Shown in pieces: positions 1-9,627 of a stretch of DNA of 64,000 nt. Positions within the stretch are counted from its first letter, which is position 1; the number at the start of each line of letters is the position of its first letter. Source of the DNA: an uncultured Gammaproteobacteria bacterium (GTDB lineage: Bacteria; Pseudomonadota; Gammaproteobacteria; JAIEPX01); assembly GCA_964567285.1 (NCBI GenBank), contig CAZMLO010000002.1:140150-204149 (forward strand), in the 5' to 3' direction. The position numbers and the translations under genes are program-made. Under the pieces are notes generated by a model. That model searched no databases. It had not been told where the DNA came from and was given only the letters and a program-made list of their open reading frames with translations.

Positions 1-404
1 GTAGGAGGACAGCCTGGAACATAAACATCAACAGGCACAATTCGATCACAACCTCGGACCACAGAATAGGCGTAGTGATAATAGCCACCACCGTTTGCAC
101 AAGAACCCATCGAAATCACGTATTTGGGTTCTGGCATTTGATCGTAAACTTTGCGAAACGCAGGTGCCATTTTATTGCAAAGAGTCCCTGCGACGATCAT
201 CAAGTCAGATTGACGAGGACTCGGCCGAAATAATAATCCAAAGCGATCAAGATCGTATCGAGAAGCTGCTGCGTGCATCATTTCAACCGCGCAACAAGCC
301 AAACCAAATGACATGGGCCATAATGAACCACTTCTTGCCCAACCAATTAATTTATTGACTGACGTCAGCATAAATCCTTGTTGTTGTACTGCGGTTATTC
401 CCAT
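1..404 (-). CDS. nuoB: NADH-quinone oxidoreductase subunit B (N-terminal part; gene continues past window start)
   Basis: Minus-strand translation from ATG at 404 reads [56 protein letters not shown]...[42 protein letters not shown]. This matches the conserved NuoB cysteine motifs. GGAG lies 8 nt upstream of the start. The start overlaps the nuoA stop by about 10 nt. Confidence 0.85.
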   Translation of the reverse strand, partial: MGITAVQQQGFMLTSVNKLIGWARSGSLWPMSFGLACCAVEMMHAAASRYDLDRFGLLFRPSPRQSDLMIVAGTLCNKMAPAFRKVYDQMPEPKYVISMGSCANGGGYYHYAYSVVRGCDRIVPVDVYVPGCPP

Positions 405-751
405 TCTAAGGCTCCTCGTTTCCACTCATAAATGAAACCAACCACTAAAACCGCTAAAAAAACCATCATCGCAGCAAAACCTAAAAATCCAATTTTGCGC
501 AGCGCGACTCCCCAGGGGAATAAAAAAGCGGTTTCTAAATCAAAAATGATAAAAAGGATCGCGACTAAATAATAACGAACATCGAAAGGAATTCGAGCAT
601 CTTCAAAGGCTTCGAATCCACATTCATAAGGAGAATTTTTTGCTTGATTGGGTTTGTGCGCGCCAAAAATAGCACCAAGCAGCATCGGAGCGGCCGCGAA
701 AATAACACCGAAGGCTAAAAAAATTAAAATGGGTAAATAGTTCTGTAACAT
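395..751 (-). CDS. nuoA: NADH-quinone oxidoreductase subunit A
   Basis: The ORF translation ([15 protein letters not shown]...[40 protein letters not shown]) is a typical NuoA of about 118 aa. The start is chosen at the internal Met (coordinate 751) rather than the longer ORF, which would overlap the tRNA. Confidence 0.85.
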   Translation of the reverse strand: MLQNYLPILIFLAFGVIFAAAPMLLGAIFGAHKPNQAKNSPYECGFEAFEDARIPFDVRYYLVAILFIIFDLETAFLFPWGVALRKIGFLGFAAMMVFLAVLVVGFIYEWKRGALEWE

Positions 752-775
752 ACCATCCCCTATAGTTACCAACTT

Positions 776-862
776 TGGTGCCGAAGGTCGGACTCGAACC
801 GACACGGCCTTACGGCCACTGCCCCCTCAAGACAGCGTGTCTACCAATTCCACCACTTCGGC
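776..862 (-). tRNA. leuU: tRNA-Leu (anticodon GAG), class II with long variable arm
   Basis: Reverse complement reads GCCGAAGTGGTGGAATTGGTAGACACGCTGTCTTGAGGGGGCAGTGGCCGTAAGGCCGTGTCGGTTCGAGTCCGACCTTCGGCACCA. It has a 7-bp acceptor stem, an anticodon loop CTTGAGG (GAG), a long variable stem-loop, a GGTTCGAGTCC T-arm and a CCA end. It lies directly downstream of secG, as in E. coli secG-leuU. Confidence 0.85.
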
Positions 863-868
863 AATTAT

Positions 869-1237
869 CTAATTAGGCGTCTCAGGAAGTTTTTCGGCAG
901 GTGCAGAACTCACCGGCACTTTCTTCTCTGATTCTTTCGTTACGGGAACTGAGGGTGCTGAAACCGTTTTATGTATAGGCGTTGGCGTTACAATTGCCCC
1001 TTTGGCATGTGTAGACACCATATACGTTAAACCTAAACTGGTCAGAAAAAATATTCCCGCTAAAAGCCCTGTTACTTTCACTAAAAAGGGTGTAGATCCC
1101 GCACTACCAAACATGGTGTTGGATGCCCCACTACCAAAAGCAGCGCCTACATCAGCCCCCTTACCATGCTGTAAAAGCACTAAGGCCACTAAACTAATAC
1201 AAACGAGTACATGTAAAACTAAAATCAACTGTTGCAT
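869..1237 (-). CDS. secG: preprotein translocase subunit SecG
   Basis: MQQLILVLHVLVCISLVALVLLQHGKGADVGAAFGSGASNTMFGSAGSTPFL matches the SecG N-terminal consensus. The start is taken at the internal Met so the overlap with tpiA is only 13 nt. There is an Ala/Pro/Val-rich C-terminal tail. Confidence 0.85.
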   Translation of the reverse strand: MQQLILVLHVLVCISLVALVLLQHGKGADVGAAFGSGASNTMFGSAGSTPFLVKVTGLLAGIFFLTSLGLTYMVSTHAKGAIVTPTPIHKTVSAPSVPVTKESEKKVPVSSAPAEKLPETPN

Positions 1238-1983
1238 AACTGCGCTATATCCAAAAAATGTTGACAATCTAACGATGCTCCGCCGACCAAGCCGCCATCT
1301 ATATCGGGCTGCGCCATCAATTCCGCGGCGTTGTCGCGTTTAACGCTGCCACCATATAAGATCCGGAGGTTTTTGGCAAGCATTTCGTCCCTTTTTCCAA
1401 CCTGATCCCGCAAAAACTGATGAACAGCCTGCGCCTGCTCTGGGGTTGCTGTCTGCCCCGTCCCAATGGCCCATACGGGTTCATAGGCCACAACAACGTT
1501 ATTGAGGGACTTCAGCCCCTTTTCCCCATCCAAAATCGCATTGAGTTGCCGCTCAACCACCTCCAAAGTCTGCCCGGCCTCTCGCTCCTTCAGAGTTTCA
1601 CCCACACAAATAATAGGCTTCAAACCCGCTTCAATAGCCCGATCAAACTTAGCGGCAACAATCGCGTCAGTCTCACCATAGAGCTGCCGCCGCTCAGAAT
1701 GACCAATAATCACATACTCACAACCAAATTCTGCCACCATAGAAGCCGAAACCTCACCCGTAAACGCGCCATTGCGCTCATGGCTTATATTCTGAGCACC
1801 CCAAGCAATACCGGTATCGCTAAGAATTCGCTGAATCTGATCTAAATAAACAAAGGAAGGGAACACCACTAACTCAACCCCTTGAGCCTTCGAAGCCCCC
1901 GCCACCACCCCATTCACCAATGCCGCCGCCTCCACCCGAGACCCCAACATCTTCCAATTCCCTGCCACCATTGCCCGACGCAT
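1225..1983 (-). CDS. tpiA: triosephosphate isomerase
   Basis: Translation AGNWKMLGS...VIIGHSERR...EPVWAIGTGQTATPEQAQAVHQFLR...ILYGGSV is a canonical TIM. Confidence 0.9.
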   Translation of the reverse strand: MRRAMVAGNWKMLGSRVEAAALVNGVVAGASKAQGVELVVFPSFVYLDQIQRILSDTGIAWGAQNISHERNGAFTGEVSASMVAEFGCEYVIIGHSERRQLYGETDAIVAAKFDRAIEAGLKPIICVGETLKEREAGQTLEVVERQLNAILDGEKGLKSLNNVVVAYEPVWAIGTGQTATPEQAQAVHQFLRDQVGKRDEMLAKNLRILYGGSVKRDNAAELMAQPDIDGGLVGGASLDCQHFLDIAQLCNS

Positions 1984-2054
1984 AAAATCCTCCGTCCTTT
2001 AAATCCACAATGAAAGAAATTATCCATTCTAAGCCCAGAAAATCAACCTTTAGC

Positions 2055-2081
2055 TTGGGGTTTTATTTTGGGGTTTACAAT
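2055..2081 (+). promoter_or_regulatory. candidate sigma70 promoter of trpR (TTGGGG at 2055-2060, 15-nt spacer, TACAAT at 2076-2081)
   Basis: Hexamers read directly in the divergent tpiA/trpR intergenic region. The spacing is sub-optimal at 15 nt. Confidence 0.3.
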
Positions 2082-2087
2082 ACTGGT

Positions 2088-2110
2088 GTAATGATGTACC
2101 ATTACGTAAT
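2088..2110. promoter_or_regulatory. imperfect palindrome GTAATGATGTACCATTAC plus TTACGTAA immediately downstream of the putative trpR -10; candidate autoregulatory operator
   Basis: 6-bp inverted arms GTAATG/CATTAC around a GTAC-containing core, followed by the perfect palindrome TTACGTAA. The position overlaps the predicted transcription start, as expected for a repressor site. No CTAG core like the E. coli trp operator is present. Confidence 0.25.
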
Positions 2111-2136
2111 TATTATTCAATGATACGAGGATATTT

Positions 2137-2427
2137 ATGAAAGACAGTAATGACGAAGGTGGTTGGTGGCGGTTTTTAGCGCTGTGTCTAGAAACTCGAA
2201 CTACTGGTCGGCTGGATAGTTTTTTTGATCTTTTTCTCACGCCCGAGGAAAAAAAGGATCTAACGAATCGATATCTGATTGTACAAGAGTTACTCAAAGG
2301 TGAGCTAACTCAACGAGAGATTGCCTCTGAACTGCAGGTGAGTATTGCCAATATCACGCGCGGATCAAATGGCATTAAGCGGATTGGCGATGATTTGAGA
2401 AATTTTTTAATTAAACGATTAAAATAG
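2137..2427 (+). CDS. trpR: Trp operon repressor TrpR
   Basis: WWRFLALCL...LFLTPEEKKDLTNRYLIVQELLKGELTQREIASELQVSIANITRGSNGIKR aligns along its length with E. coli TrpR (…[49 protein letters not shown]). It is 96 aa. A/T-rich SD precedes the start. Confidence 0.85.
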   Translation: MKDSNDEGGWWRFLALCLETRTTGRLDSFFDLFLTPEEKKDLTNRYLIVQELLKGELTQREIASELQVSIANITRGSNGIKRIGDDLRNFLIKRLK

Positions 2428-2436
2428 TCTCTCACT

Positions 2437-2464
2437 CAAATCGCCAAACCATAATGGCGATTTG
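2437..2464 (+). promoter_or_regulatory. stem-loop (9-bp stem CAAATCGCC/GGCGATTTG, 10-nt loop) between the trpR stop and the trpE RBS
   Basis: Perfect inverted repeat read in the 47-nt trpR-trpE spacer. It ends 1 nt before AGGAG (2465-2469) and 10 nt before the trpE ATG. There is no U-tract after it and no leader peptide ORF. Confidence 0.4.
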
Positions 2465-2474
2465 AGGAGATGAG

Positions 2475-3944
2475 ATGTTTGAATATCTAAATTTTGAACG
2501 CTTTGTTGAACTCGCAGAGAACAACAAACGCATTGTAGTTTATCAAGAAATTGCAGGAGATCGACTAACACCGATCAGTGCTTATTCAGCACTTGCAGAA
2601 CTCTTCACTGATCTAACTCTGCTAGAATCCAATCCTAGAGAACTTCATTTAGGGCGCCATTCATATTTGTGTTTTAATCAGAGCGCCTTAATTAAAGCCT
2701 TTGGCAGAAATATTAGCACTCGCATAGATGATAAAGAAGACTCTTTTATCGGAGATCCTTTTGAAACTCTCAGAGAGTATAAAAACCGTTTCACTGCCAA
2801 AATAGACCATCCACTCTCAGGCTATGCAGGTGGCATGGTTGGTTTTATCAGTTACGATGCAATTCGCCTCATCGAAGAAATTCCGGACCGTCATTATCAG
2901 AAGGATGATATTCCCGATCTATACTTTCGATGTTATGACTACAACATTAGTTTTGATCATCAAACTCAGAAGGTGGTTGTTTCTGTAGTTGCAAATATTC
3001 AAAAGGATGTTGAAGGTGTCTATCAAGATGCTATGAACAAAATACAATTTCTGATCCAGCTGATCAGAAATCATCATGAGCCCTCTAAAGATAATAATCC
3101 TCATCAATCAAACGTTATCACTAAAAATCTTGATGATCAGCGCTTCAAAGAGATGGTTCAAACTGCAAAAGAACATATTATTGCCGGTGATGCATTTCAA
3201 ATCGTTCTCTCAAGAGAATTTAGTGTTAAAACAGAGGCTAAACCTTTTGATATTTACCGATCATTACGCTTCAGTAGCCCTGCTCCATACATGTTTTGTC
3301 TACAATTCGATCATTACTCCATCGCGGGCGCCTCACCGGAGAAATTAGTTTCTGTTCAAAATAGACTTGTTGAAGCACGACCTCTTGCCGGTACTCGACC
3401 CAGAAGTAAATCGATTAGCGATGAAACAATGGCAGCAGACTTGCTGGCGGATGAAAAAGAAATCGCTGAGCATAAAATGTTAGTGGATCTCACACGCAAT
3501 GATATTGGCGCAATAGCGATTCCTGGGAGCGTTAATGTGGTTAAATTATTGGCGGTTGAAAACTTTTCTTCTGTGATGCATTTATCATCCACTGTTCAGG
3601 GAATATTACGCGATGGCTTTGATGCTATCGATGCTCTAAAAGCTACTTTTCCTGCCGGAACACTGAGTGGCGCTCCCAAAATTCGAGCTATGGAAATTAT
3701 TGATGATTTAGAAAGCACACGCCGAGGATTTTATGGTGGAGCTGTTTGTGCTTTTGATAGTTTGGGTAACTTAGAAAGCTGTATTGGTATTCGCACAGCG
3801 GTGATTAAAAATTCAACTGCAGTGGTTCGTGCCGGTGCTGGGATAGTGTTTGACTCAGATCCTCAAAAAGAAGCGGATGAAACCTTTCATAAAGCACGGT
3901 CGATTCTACAAGGTGTTCTGATGACAGAGGAGTTATACTCATGA
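2475..3944 (+). CDS. trpE: anthranilate synthase component I
   Basis: 489 aa. Contains LSREF...PYMF, GASPE, LAGTRPRS and GAVCAFDSLGNLESCIGIRT, the chorismate-binding enzyme signature. A GAGGAG RBS precedes it. Its stop overlaps the trpG start (ATGA). Confidence 0.95.
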   Translation: MFEYLNFERFVELAENNKRIVVYQEIAGDRLTPISAYSALAELFTDLTLLESNPRELHLGRHSYLCFNQSALIKAFGRNISTRIDDKEDSFIGDPFETLREYKNRFTAKIDHPLSGYAGGMVGFISYDAIRLIEEIPDRHYQKDDIPDLYFRCYDYNISFDHQTQKVVVSVVANIQKDVEGVYQDAMNKIQFLIQLIRNHHEPSKDNNPHQSNVITKNLDDQRFKEMVQTAKEHIIAGDAFQIVLSREFSVKTEAKPFDIYRSLRFSSPAPYMFCLQFDHYSIAGASPEKLVSVQNRLVEARPLAGTRPRSKSISDETMAADLLADEKEIAEHKMLVDLTRNDIGAIAIPGSVNVVKLLAVENFSSVMHLSSTVQGILRDGFDAIDALKATFPAGTLSGAPKIRAMEIIDDLESTRRGFYGGAVCAFDSLGNLESCIGIRTAVIKNSTAVVRAGAGIVFDSDPQKEADETFHKARSILQGVLMTEELYS

Positions 3945-4528
3945 TTTTAATCATCGATAACTATGATAGCTTTACCTACAATTTGTATCAATACATCGCA
4001 CCGTTGTGTGATTCAGTGTATGTAGTGCGCAATGATAAAATTAGCATTACCGAAATTGAAGAATATCAACCAAAAGGTATTATTATATCACCAGGTCCTG
4101 GCAGACCTGAAAATGCAGGTATCTGCTTAGAATTAATTCGACATTTTTCAGATAGTATTCCTATTTTGGGAGTCTGCCTCGGGCATCAGGCAATCGCTGT
4201 GGCCTTTGGTGGAGAGGTAGTCGGTGCCAACGACATTGTTCATGGCAAAAATTCACTCACGTATCACAATGGATCAGCATTATATCAGGGTCTGCCACTT
4301 CCTTTCTCAGCGGGGCGGTATCATTCATTGCTAGTCGACAAGAATAGTTTACCGACTAGTCTAAAAATTGATGCTGAAAACAGTGAGGGCCTGATCATGG
4401 GAATAAGCCATCATACTAACCCGACATTCGGTGTGCAATTTCATCCTGAATCCATTCTAACAGCAGAGGGTATTAGCTTACTCAAAAACTTCCTAACGCT
4501 TTGCAATAAAGAGGAGGCCCTATGTTAA
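3941..4528 (+). CDS. trpG: anthranilate synthase component II (class I glutamine amidotransferase)
   Basis: MILIIDNYDSFTYNLYQY...PILGVCLGHQAIA...HPES is a GATase1 triad motif set. It is 195 aa. Confidence 0.9.
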   Translation: MILIIDNYDSFTYNLYQYIAPLCDSVYVVRNDKISITEIEEYQPKGIIISPGPGRPENAGICLELIRHFSDSIPILGVCLGHQAIAVAFGGEVVGANDIVHGKNSLTYHNGSALYQGLPLPFSAGRYHSLLVDKNSLPTSLKIDAENSEGLIMGISHHTNPTFGVQFHPESILTAEGISLLKNFLTLCNKEEALC

Positions 4529-6252
4529 AAGAAATCATTCAAAAATTAACCCTACAAAATAATCTCAGTATTGAGGAAATGAAATTAGCTATGTATGAAA
4601 TTCTGAGTACCGATAACGAGGCACAAATTGCCGCTTTTTTGAGTCTATTAAGAGCAAAAGGAGAAACGGTTGAGGAAATAGTAGGCCTGGTCGCCATACT
4701 GCGTGATCAGATGATTCAGGTTCAGCCTCGATCTCAAGTATTAGATATAGTGGGAACAGGGGGTGATGGCTTTAACACGATCAATATCTCAACTGCATCG
4801 GCGCTATTAGCAGCCTGCTGTGGCGTACGGGTGGTTAAACATGGCAATCGAAGTGTCTCATCACTCTGTGGTTCTGCCGATGTACTTGAAGCACTAGGAA
4901 TTAATATTCATCTCAGTGCTGAGGAGGTCGCTGATAATGTCGAAAACCACAATTTCGGATTTTGTTATGCCCCTAATTTTCATCCGGCTCTTTCCAAAGT
5001 AAAAGCAATACGTCATAAATTAGGTATCACTTCATCGTTTAATTTGATTGCACCGATGCTGAATCCAGCTAATGCTGAATTTCTGATGATTGGGGTTGCC
5101 GACAAAAAAGCAATGAACATTATTGCTGACAGTCTGCTCCACGTTAAACCAAAACGCGCTATTATCTTCCACTGCCAAGGACTTGATGAACTTTGTGGTG
5201 TAGGCCCTATTGATATTATTGAACTTAATCATTCGGTCAAATCATCTTATCAACTTGACCCTATAGACTATAATATTGCTCGATGTACTATAGATGAACT
5301 ACGAGGTGAATCAGCTAAGGAAAATGCCCATCAGATAATGGAAGTTTTTAATGGAGTACCCAATGCCATAGCAGATTCTCTTATTTTAAATGCAGGATTT
5401 GCATGTTATCTTTACGGAATCACTGAATCTCTTGAAAAGGGTATACAACTAGCCAGACAAAAACTCTCCGATGGTTCCGCAGCTCAACTTGTTCTGACAC
5501 TAAAAAACCAAAATAAATTAGAAAAAATACTGTCTAATAAAGCTAAAGAGGTCGATGAGCTGAACAACCGACAAAAGAAAAGTCTTAAGAGGGCCCTCAG
5601 TTCTCCTGGATTATCCATTGTTAGTGAGATAAAGCGAAAATCGCCCTCCAATGGCATACTGAACAATGTAGTTGATCCAACCCTTTTAGTGGAATACTAC
5701 CTTGAAGGGGGTTCAGCCTCAATTTCCGTACTCACCGATACTAAATTTTTTTCTGGATCACTCGTAGATCTTAAAATCATTTCAGATAAACTCAAAGATA
5801 GTCCCACACCGATACTCAGAAAAGATTTTATTATAGAAAAATCGCAGATAGATGAATCCGCCCACTTTGGTGCCGATGCTGTATTATTAATCGTCACAGT
5901 TCTTAAGGAAAGAACAAAAGAATTTTTGGATTATACCGAGTTAAAAGGTCTAGAAGCCTTAGTTGAAGTACACACTCTCGTTGAACTAAAAATTGCGATT
6001 GATGCTGGAGCAAAAATCATAGCCATCAATAATCGAAATTTGAAAACATTTGAAGTTGACATCAATATCTCTCTTGATCTTATAAAACACATCCCATCAG
6101 ATATTATCAAAGTATCAGCATCTGGGATACGCACACCCGATCATTTCAAGACGATGAATGATGCTGGTTTTGATGCTGTATTAGTGGGTGAAGCACTGAT
6201 GAGCTCTGATGATCCCGTTCTCATGATAAAACAATTGCGAGGAGACTTATGA
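4522..6252 (+). CDS. trpDC: bifunctional anthranilate phosphoribosyltransferase / indole-3-glycerol-phosphate synthase (TrpD-TrpC fusion)
   Basis: The N-terminal ~330 aa has GTGGDGFNTINISTASALLAACCGVRVVKHGNRSVSS (TrpD). A K/N/E-rich linker of about 35 aa follows. The C-terminal ~240 aa has IVSEIKRKSPSNGIL...LRKDFII...NNRNL...SGI (TrpC). A GAGGAGG RBS lies at 4511-4517. Confidence 0.9.
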   Translation: MLKEIIQKLTLQNNLSIEEMKLAMYEILSTDNEAQIAAFLSLLRAKGETVEEIVGLVAILRDQMIQVQPRSQVLDIVGTGGDGFNTINISTASALLAACCGVRVVKHGNRSVSSLCGSADVLEALGINIHLSAEEVADNVENHNFGFCYAPNFHPALSKVKAIRHKLGITSSFNLIAPMLNPANAEFLMIGVADKKAMNIIADSLLHVKPKRAIIFHCQGLDELCGVGPIDIIELNHSVKSSYQLDPIDYNIARCTIDELRGESAKENAHQIMEVFNGVPNAIADSLILNAGFACYLYGITESLEKGIQLARQKLSDGSAAQLVLTLKNQNKLEKILSNKAKEVDELNNRQKKSLKRALSSPGLSIVSEIKRKSPSNGILNNVVDPTLLVEYYLEGGSASISVLTDTKFFSGSLVDLKIISDKLKDSPTPILRKDFIIEKSQIDESAHFGADAVLLIVTVLKERTKEFLDYTELKGLEALVEVHTLVELKIAIDAGAKIIAINNRNLKTFEVDINISLDLIKHIPSDIIKVSASGIRTPDHFKTMNDAGFDAVLVGEALMSSDDPVLMIKQLRGDL

Positions 6253-8021
6253 ATACTCAAGTAAAAATATGCGGGATTACTGACCCTAAAATCGCTAAGA
6301 CAATAGCAATGAAAGGTGTCAACTATATTGGTATTATTTTTCATGAGGAGTCTAAACGAAAAGTAGATATCGCTTTGGGCAAAGCCATTGCTGATTCTGC
6401 TAAAGGCGGTGGCGCTATACCAGTTGCAGTCTTTGGTGAACATTCAGGCATCATGATGCAGGAAATTTGTAATGCTACTGGAATTTCAGTGGTACAATTA
6501 CATGGAAAGCTCTCACAGGCTGAGCATCACACTCTAACGAAAGATATTCAGAAAATATTTGTCTTCAAAGTCGATCAGAAAGGTAATATCAACGATAATA
6601 TCGACGAACGTATCCAGATGATGGATCCAGAACAAGATTCCGTACTCTTTGATAATCTTGAAAAAAATTCTATACCTATTCTTCTTACACCTAAAATCAT
6701 TCGCATCGCTAGAAAATATAAAACTTTTATCGCGGGTGGTATCAATAAAAGCAATATAAGAAGTCTTATCGATCAATGTCAGCCCTATGCCATAGACCTC
6801 TGCTCAGGCGTTGAAAATTCACGGGGTGAAAAGAAATTGGAGATGATAAACGAGATTCTTAACGAAACCGCACGTTATGGTCGCTATGGCGGGAGATATA
6901 TGCCAGAATCATTGATGGCACCTCTGACGCAACTCGCCTCTGAATTTCATCACATCAAAAATGATCCGCAATTTCAAAATGAATTCAACTCACTGTTAAA
7001 AGAGTATGGGGGAAGACCGACCCCATTAACAGAAGTTAAACGTTTCCAACTATTTGCAAAGGGTCCAAGAATTTTTTTAAAAAGAGAAGATTTGTTACAC
7101 ACCGGAGCTCATAAAATCAATAATGCCCTTGGCCAATGTCTGCTCGCAAAAAAAATGGGCAAAGTCCGTGTTATCGCAGAAACGGGCGCCGGCCAACATG
7201 GCGTTGCTACTGCGACTGCTTGTGCCCGCCTTGGACTCGAGTGTATCGTCTATATGGGTGCCATCGATCTGATTCGACAAGCGCCTAATGTCGATAAAAT
7301 GCGCTTATTAGGTGCGAACGTAATTGCTGTTGAAGATGGCTCTAAAACATTGAAAGAGGGCGTGAATGCAGCACTTCGAGACTATGCCAGCAGTTTTCAA
7401 AATACCCATTATTGCTTAGGTTCAGCCCTAGGCCCTCATCCCTATCCTGAAATGGTTGCTTATTTTCAATCTGTGATTGGTCAAGAAACACAGGAGCAAT
7501 GCCACACCATTTTTGGAAAATCTCCAGATCTGATCATCGCTTGCATAGGTGGTGGATCCAATGCTATTGGTATTTTCTCGGCCTTTCTTAAGCAAGATGT
7601 TCAACTGGTTGGCGTTGAAGCAGGTGGAACAGGATTACAACATGCTGCTCGATTTCAAGGAGGAAGTCCTGGCATTTTACATGGCTGCATGAGCTATCTT
7701 CTGCAAGATGAAAACGGGCAAGTTCAGAATACTCATTCTATTTCTGCCGGTCTTGATTATCCAATGATAGGACCTCAACATGCTCATCTTTATGAAACAA
7801 AGCGCGTTAAATACAATTTATGCACAGATGATGAAGCACTCCATGCTTTTAAAATATTAAGCCAAACAGAAGGAATTATTCCTGCTTTGGAATCCGCTCA
7901 TGCACTGGCCTATTATTTAAGAGAAGCTCCGAAAATGCACCCTGATAGCATCGTTATCGTTAATTTATCCGGCCGAGGTGACAAAGACATCACACAATTA
8001 GCTAGAAGGGAATTACTATGA
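6249..8021 (+). CDS. trpFB: bifunctional phosphoribosylanthranilate isomerase / tryptophan synthase beta chain (TrpF-TrpB fusion)
   Basis: The N-terminus MNTQVKICGITDPKIAKTIAMKGVNYIGIIF is PRAI. From about residue 210, RYGRYGGRYMPESLM...HTGAHKINNALGQCLLAKKMGKVRVIAETGAGQHGVATA...GGGSNAIG is the TrpB PLP enzyme. An ATGA overlap is present at both ends. Confidence 0.9.
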   Translation: MNTQVKICGITDPKIAKTIAMKGVNYIGIIFHEESKRKVDIALGKAIADSAKGGGAIPVAVFGEHSGIMMQEICNATGISVVQLHGKLSQAEHHTLTKDIQKIFVFKVDQKGNINDNIDERIQMMDPEQDSVLFDNLEKNSIPILLTPKIIRIARKYKTFIAGGINKSNIRSLIDQCQPYAIDLCSGVENSRGEKKLEMINEILNETARYGRYGGRYMPESLMAPLTQLASEFHHIKNDPQFQNEFNSLLKEYGGRPTPLTEVKRFQLFAKGPRIFLKREDLLHTGAHKINNALGQCLLAKKMGKVRVIAETGAGQHGVATATACARLGLECIVYMGAIDLIRQAPNVDKMRLLGANVIAVEDGSKTLKEGVNAALRDYASSFQNTHYCLGSALGPHPYPEMVAYFQSVIGQETQEQCHTIFGKSPDLIIACIGGGSNAIGIFSAFLKQDVQLVGVEAGGTGLQHAARFQGGSPGILHGCMSYLLQDENGQVQNTHSISAGLDYPMIGPQHAHLYETKRVKYNLCTDDEALHAFKILSQTEGIIPALESAHALAYYLREAPKMHPDSIVIVNLSGRGDKDITQLARRELL

Positions 8022-8785
8022 AACATTTATTTAATAAACGCCCCGCATTTGTTGCATACCTTACAGCAGGACAGAAAAGTTTAAATTTTACCAAAGAAGC
8101 AGCCATTGCGTTGGCCGATGGAGGTGTTGACTTGCTAGAAATTGGTGTGCCTTTTTCTGACCCTATTGCCGATGGCCCCGTTATCGCACAGGCGATGAAT
8201 GAGGCACTGTCTCACTCTGTTAGACTCCACTCTGTTCTAGATATCATTCATGAAATTAAACAAGTTAGAAATATTCCTATTGTACTCTTCACCTACTTCA
8301 ACCCACTCTTTAAAACAGGAATTGATAACCTAATGAATGAGGCGAAGCAAGCAGGGATCGATGCTATTTTAACTGTCGATTTACCATTGGAAGAATCATC
8401 AGACTATTTCTCGTCTGCTAAGAATGCTGCCATCGATATTATTAGTCTTATCTCACCCTCAACAGAACCTGAGCGCATTCTAAAAATCTGTGAAAATCAC
8501 CCTGCTATTCTTTATTATGTTTGTCGTAATGGCATAACCGGACTTAAAGATAATCTTCCTTCAGATTATGTTGACAAACTTTCACAAATAAAATCTATTA
8601 CGAAAATACCGATCATCTCAGGCTTTGGTATTTCAACGAAAAAAATGGCCTCATCTGTACTAAGATGTGCCGATGGTTTTGTGGTGGGCTCTCTGTTTGT
8701 CAAAGCAATATCAGAGGGAGCATCACCTTTAGCACTTCAACAATTAGCTATCAACTTAGATCCAAGAGAGGGGGTAATATCATGA
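8018..8785 (+). CDS. trpA: tryptophan synthase alpha chain
   Basis: 255 aa with AYLTAG...[18 protein letters not shown]...GFGIS motifs. Its stop overlaps the start of the DAHP synthase gene (ATGA). Confidence 0.9.
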   Translation: MKHLFNKRPAFVAYLTAGQKSLNFTKEAAIALADGGVDLLEIGVPFSDPIADGPVIAQAMNEALSHSVRLHSVLDIIHEIKQVRNIPIVLFTYFNPLFKTGIDNLMNEAKQAGIDAILTVDLPLEESSDYFSSAKNAAIDIISLISPSTEPERILKICENHPAILYYVCRNGITGLKDNLPSDYVDKLSQIKSITKIPIISGFGISTKKMASSVLRCADGFVVGSLFVKAISEGASPLALQQLAINLDPREGVIS

Positions 8786-9627
8786 TTTTAGTCGGCAGAG
8801 ATATGAAGAAATCTAATACAGTAATCCGTATTAAAGATAAAGAAATTGGTGGTGGTGCGTTTACCATCATGGCAGGACCTTGCACTATTGAATCGAGGGA
8901 TCAGATGTTCTCTATTGCGAAAGCGGTTAGTGAATGCGGTGCCACAATTCTGCGAGGTGGTGCATTTAAACCCAGAACTTCACCTTATGACTTCCAAGGA
9001 CTAGGTGAAGAAGGCCTGCAATATATGCGTGAAGCAGCAGACAAATATCAGATGCTTTGTATTTCGGAAGTGATGAGCCCAGAAGAAGTCCCACTGGTGG
9101 AGCAATACGTCGATATTTTGCAAATTGGTGCGCGTAATATGCAAAACTTTAGTTTGTTAAAATCGGTAGGAAAATCAAAAATTCCGGTATTACTAAAAAG
9201 GGGACTCTGTGCCACCTATAAAGAATTTTTATTAGCCGCTGAATATATTATGAGCTGTGGTAATCTCAATGTTATTCTCTGTGAACGCGGAATTCGTACC
9301 TTTGAAACGCTGAGCCGAAATACACTGGATATCGCCGCCGTGCCAATTCTGAAGGAACTCACTCACCTACCCATTATTGTAGACCCAAGCCATGGTACTG
9401 GATTAAGATCTATTGTGGGGCCCATGGCCCTCGCGGCTATGGCAGTAAAGGCGGACGGGCTTATTGTGGAGGTCCACACCGACCCCGATCAATCGATTTG
9501 CGATGCCCAACAAACCATTAGCCCAAAGATGCTATCTGAGATAGTGGGAGGTTTGCAGAAAATCGGCAATGCTGTGAATATGACTGTAGCGGGAAAGACC
9601 ACCCAACAGGAGAGACTCGTCGCATGA
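8782..9627 (+). CDS. 3-deoxy-D-arabino-heptulosonate-7-phosphate synthase, short class I-beta (KDO8PS-like) type without regulatory extension
   Basis: [21 protein letters not shown]...[27 protein letters not shown]...[11 protein letters not shown]...KRG...IVDPSHGTG matches DAHPS I-beta. The start is taken at ATG 8782 (ATGA coupling to trpA, RBS AGAGGGGG at 8766) rather than the longer ORF, which would overlap trpA. Confidence 0.85.
   Translation: MILVGRDMKKSNTVIRIKDKEIGGGAFTIMAGPCTIESRDQMFSIAKAVSECGATILRGGAFKPRTSPYDFQGLGEEGLQYMREAADKYQMLCISEVMSPEEVPLVEQYVDILQIGARNMQNFSLLKSVGKSKIPVLLKRGLCATYKEFLLAAEYIMSCGNLNVILCERGIRTFETLSRNTLDIAAVPILKELTHLPIIVDPSHGTGLRSIVGPMALAAMAVKADGLIVEVHTDPDQSICDAQQTISPKMLSEIVGGLQKIGNAVNMTVAGKTTQQERLVA

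Noticed and set aside
95-358. 87-aa plus-strand ORF
   Set aside because: It lies entirely antisense to the clearly conserved nuoB coding sequence. It has no RBS and a low-complexity translation.
1002-1845. Plus-strand ORFs 1002-1343 and 1420-1845
   Set aside because: They are antisense to secG and tpiA, whose translations show strong family signatures. They are Ser/Pro/Cys-rich nonsense typical of shadow ORFs.
2043-2297. 84-aa minus-strand ORF overlapping trpR
   Set aside because: It overlaps the well-supported trpR gene and promoter and has no homology signal.
2428-2474. Classical trp leader peptide / attenuator
   Set aside because: Only 47 nt are available. There is no small ORF with tandem Trp codons. 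A single hairpin without a U-tract is not enough to call attenuation.
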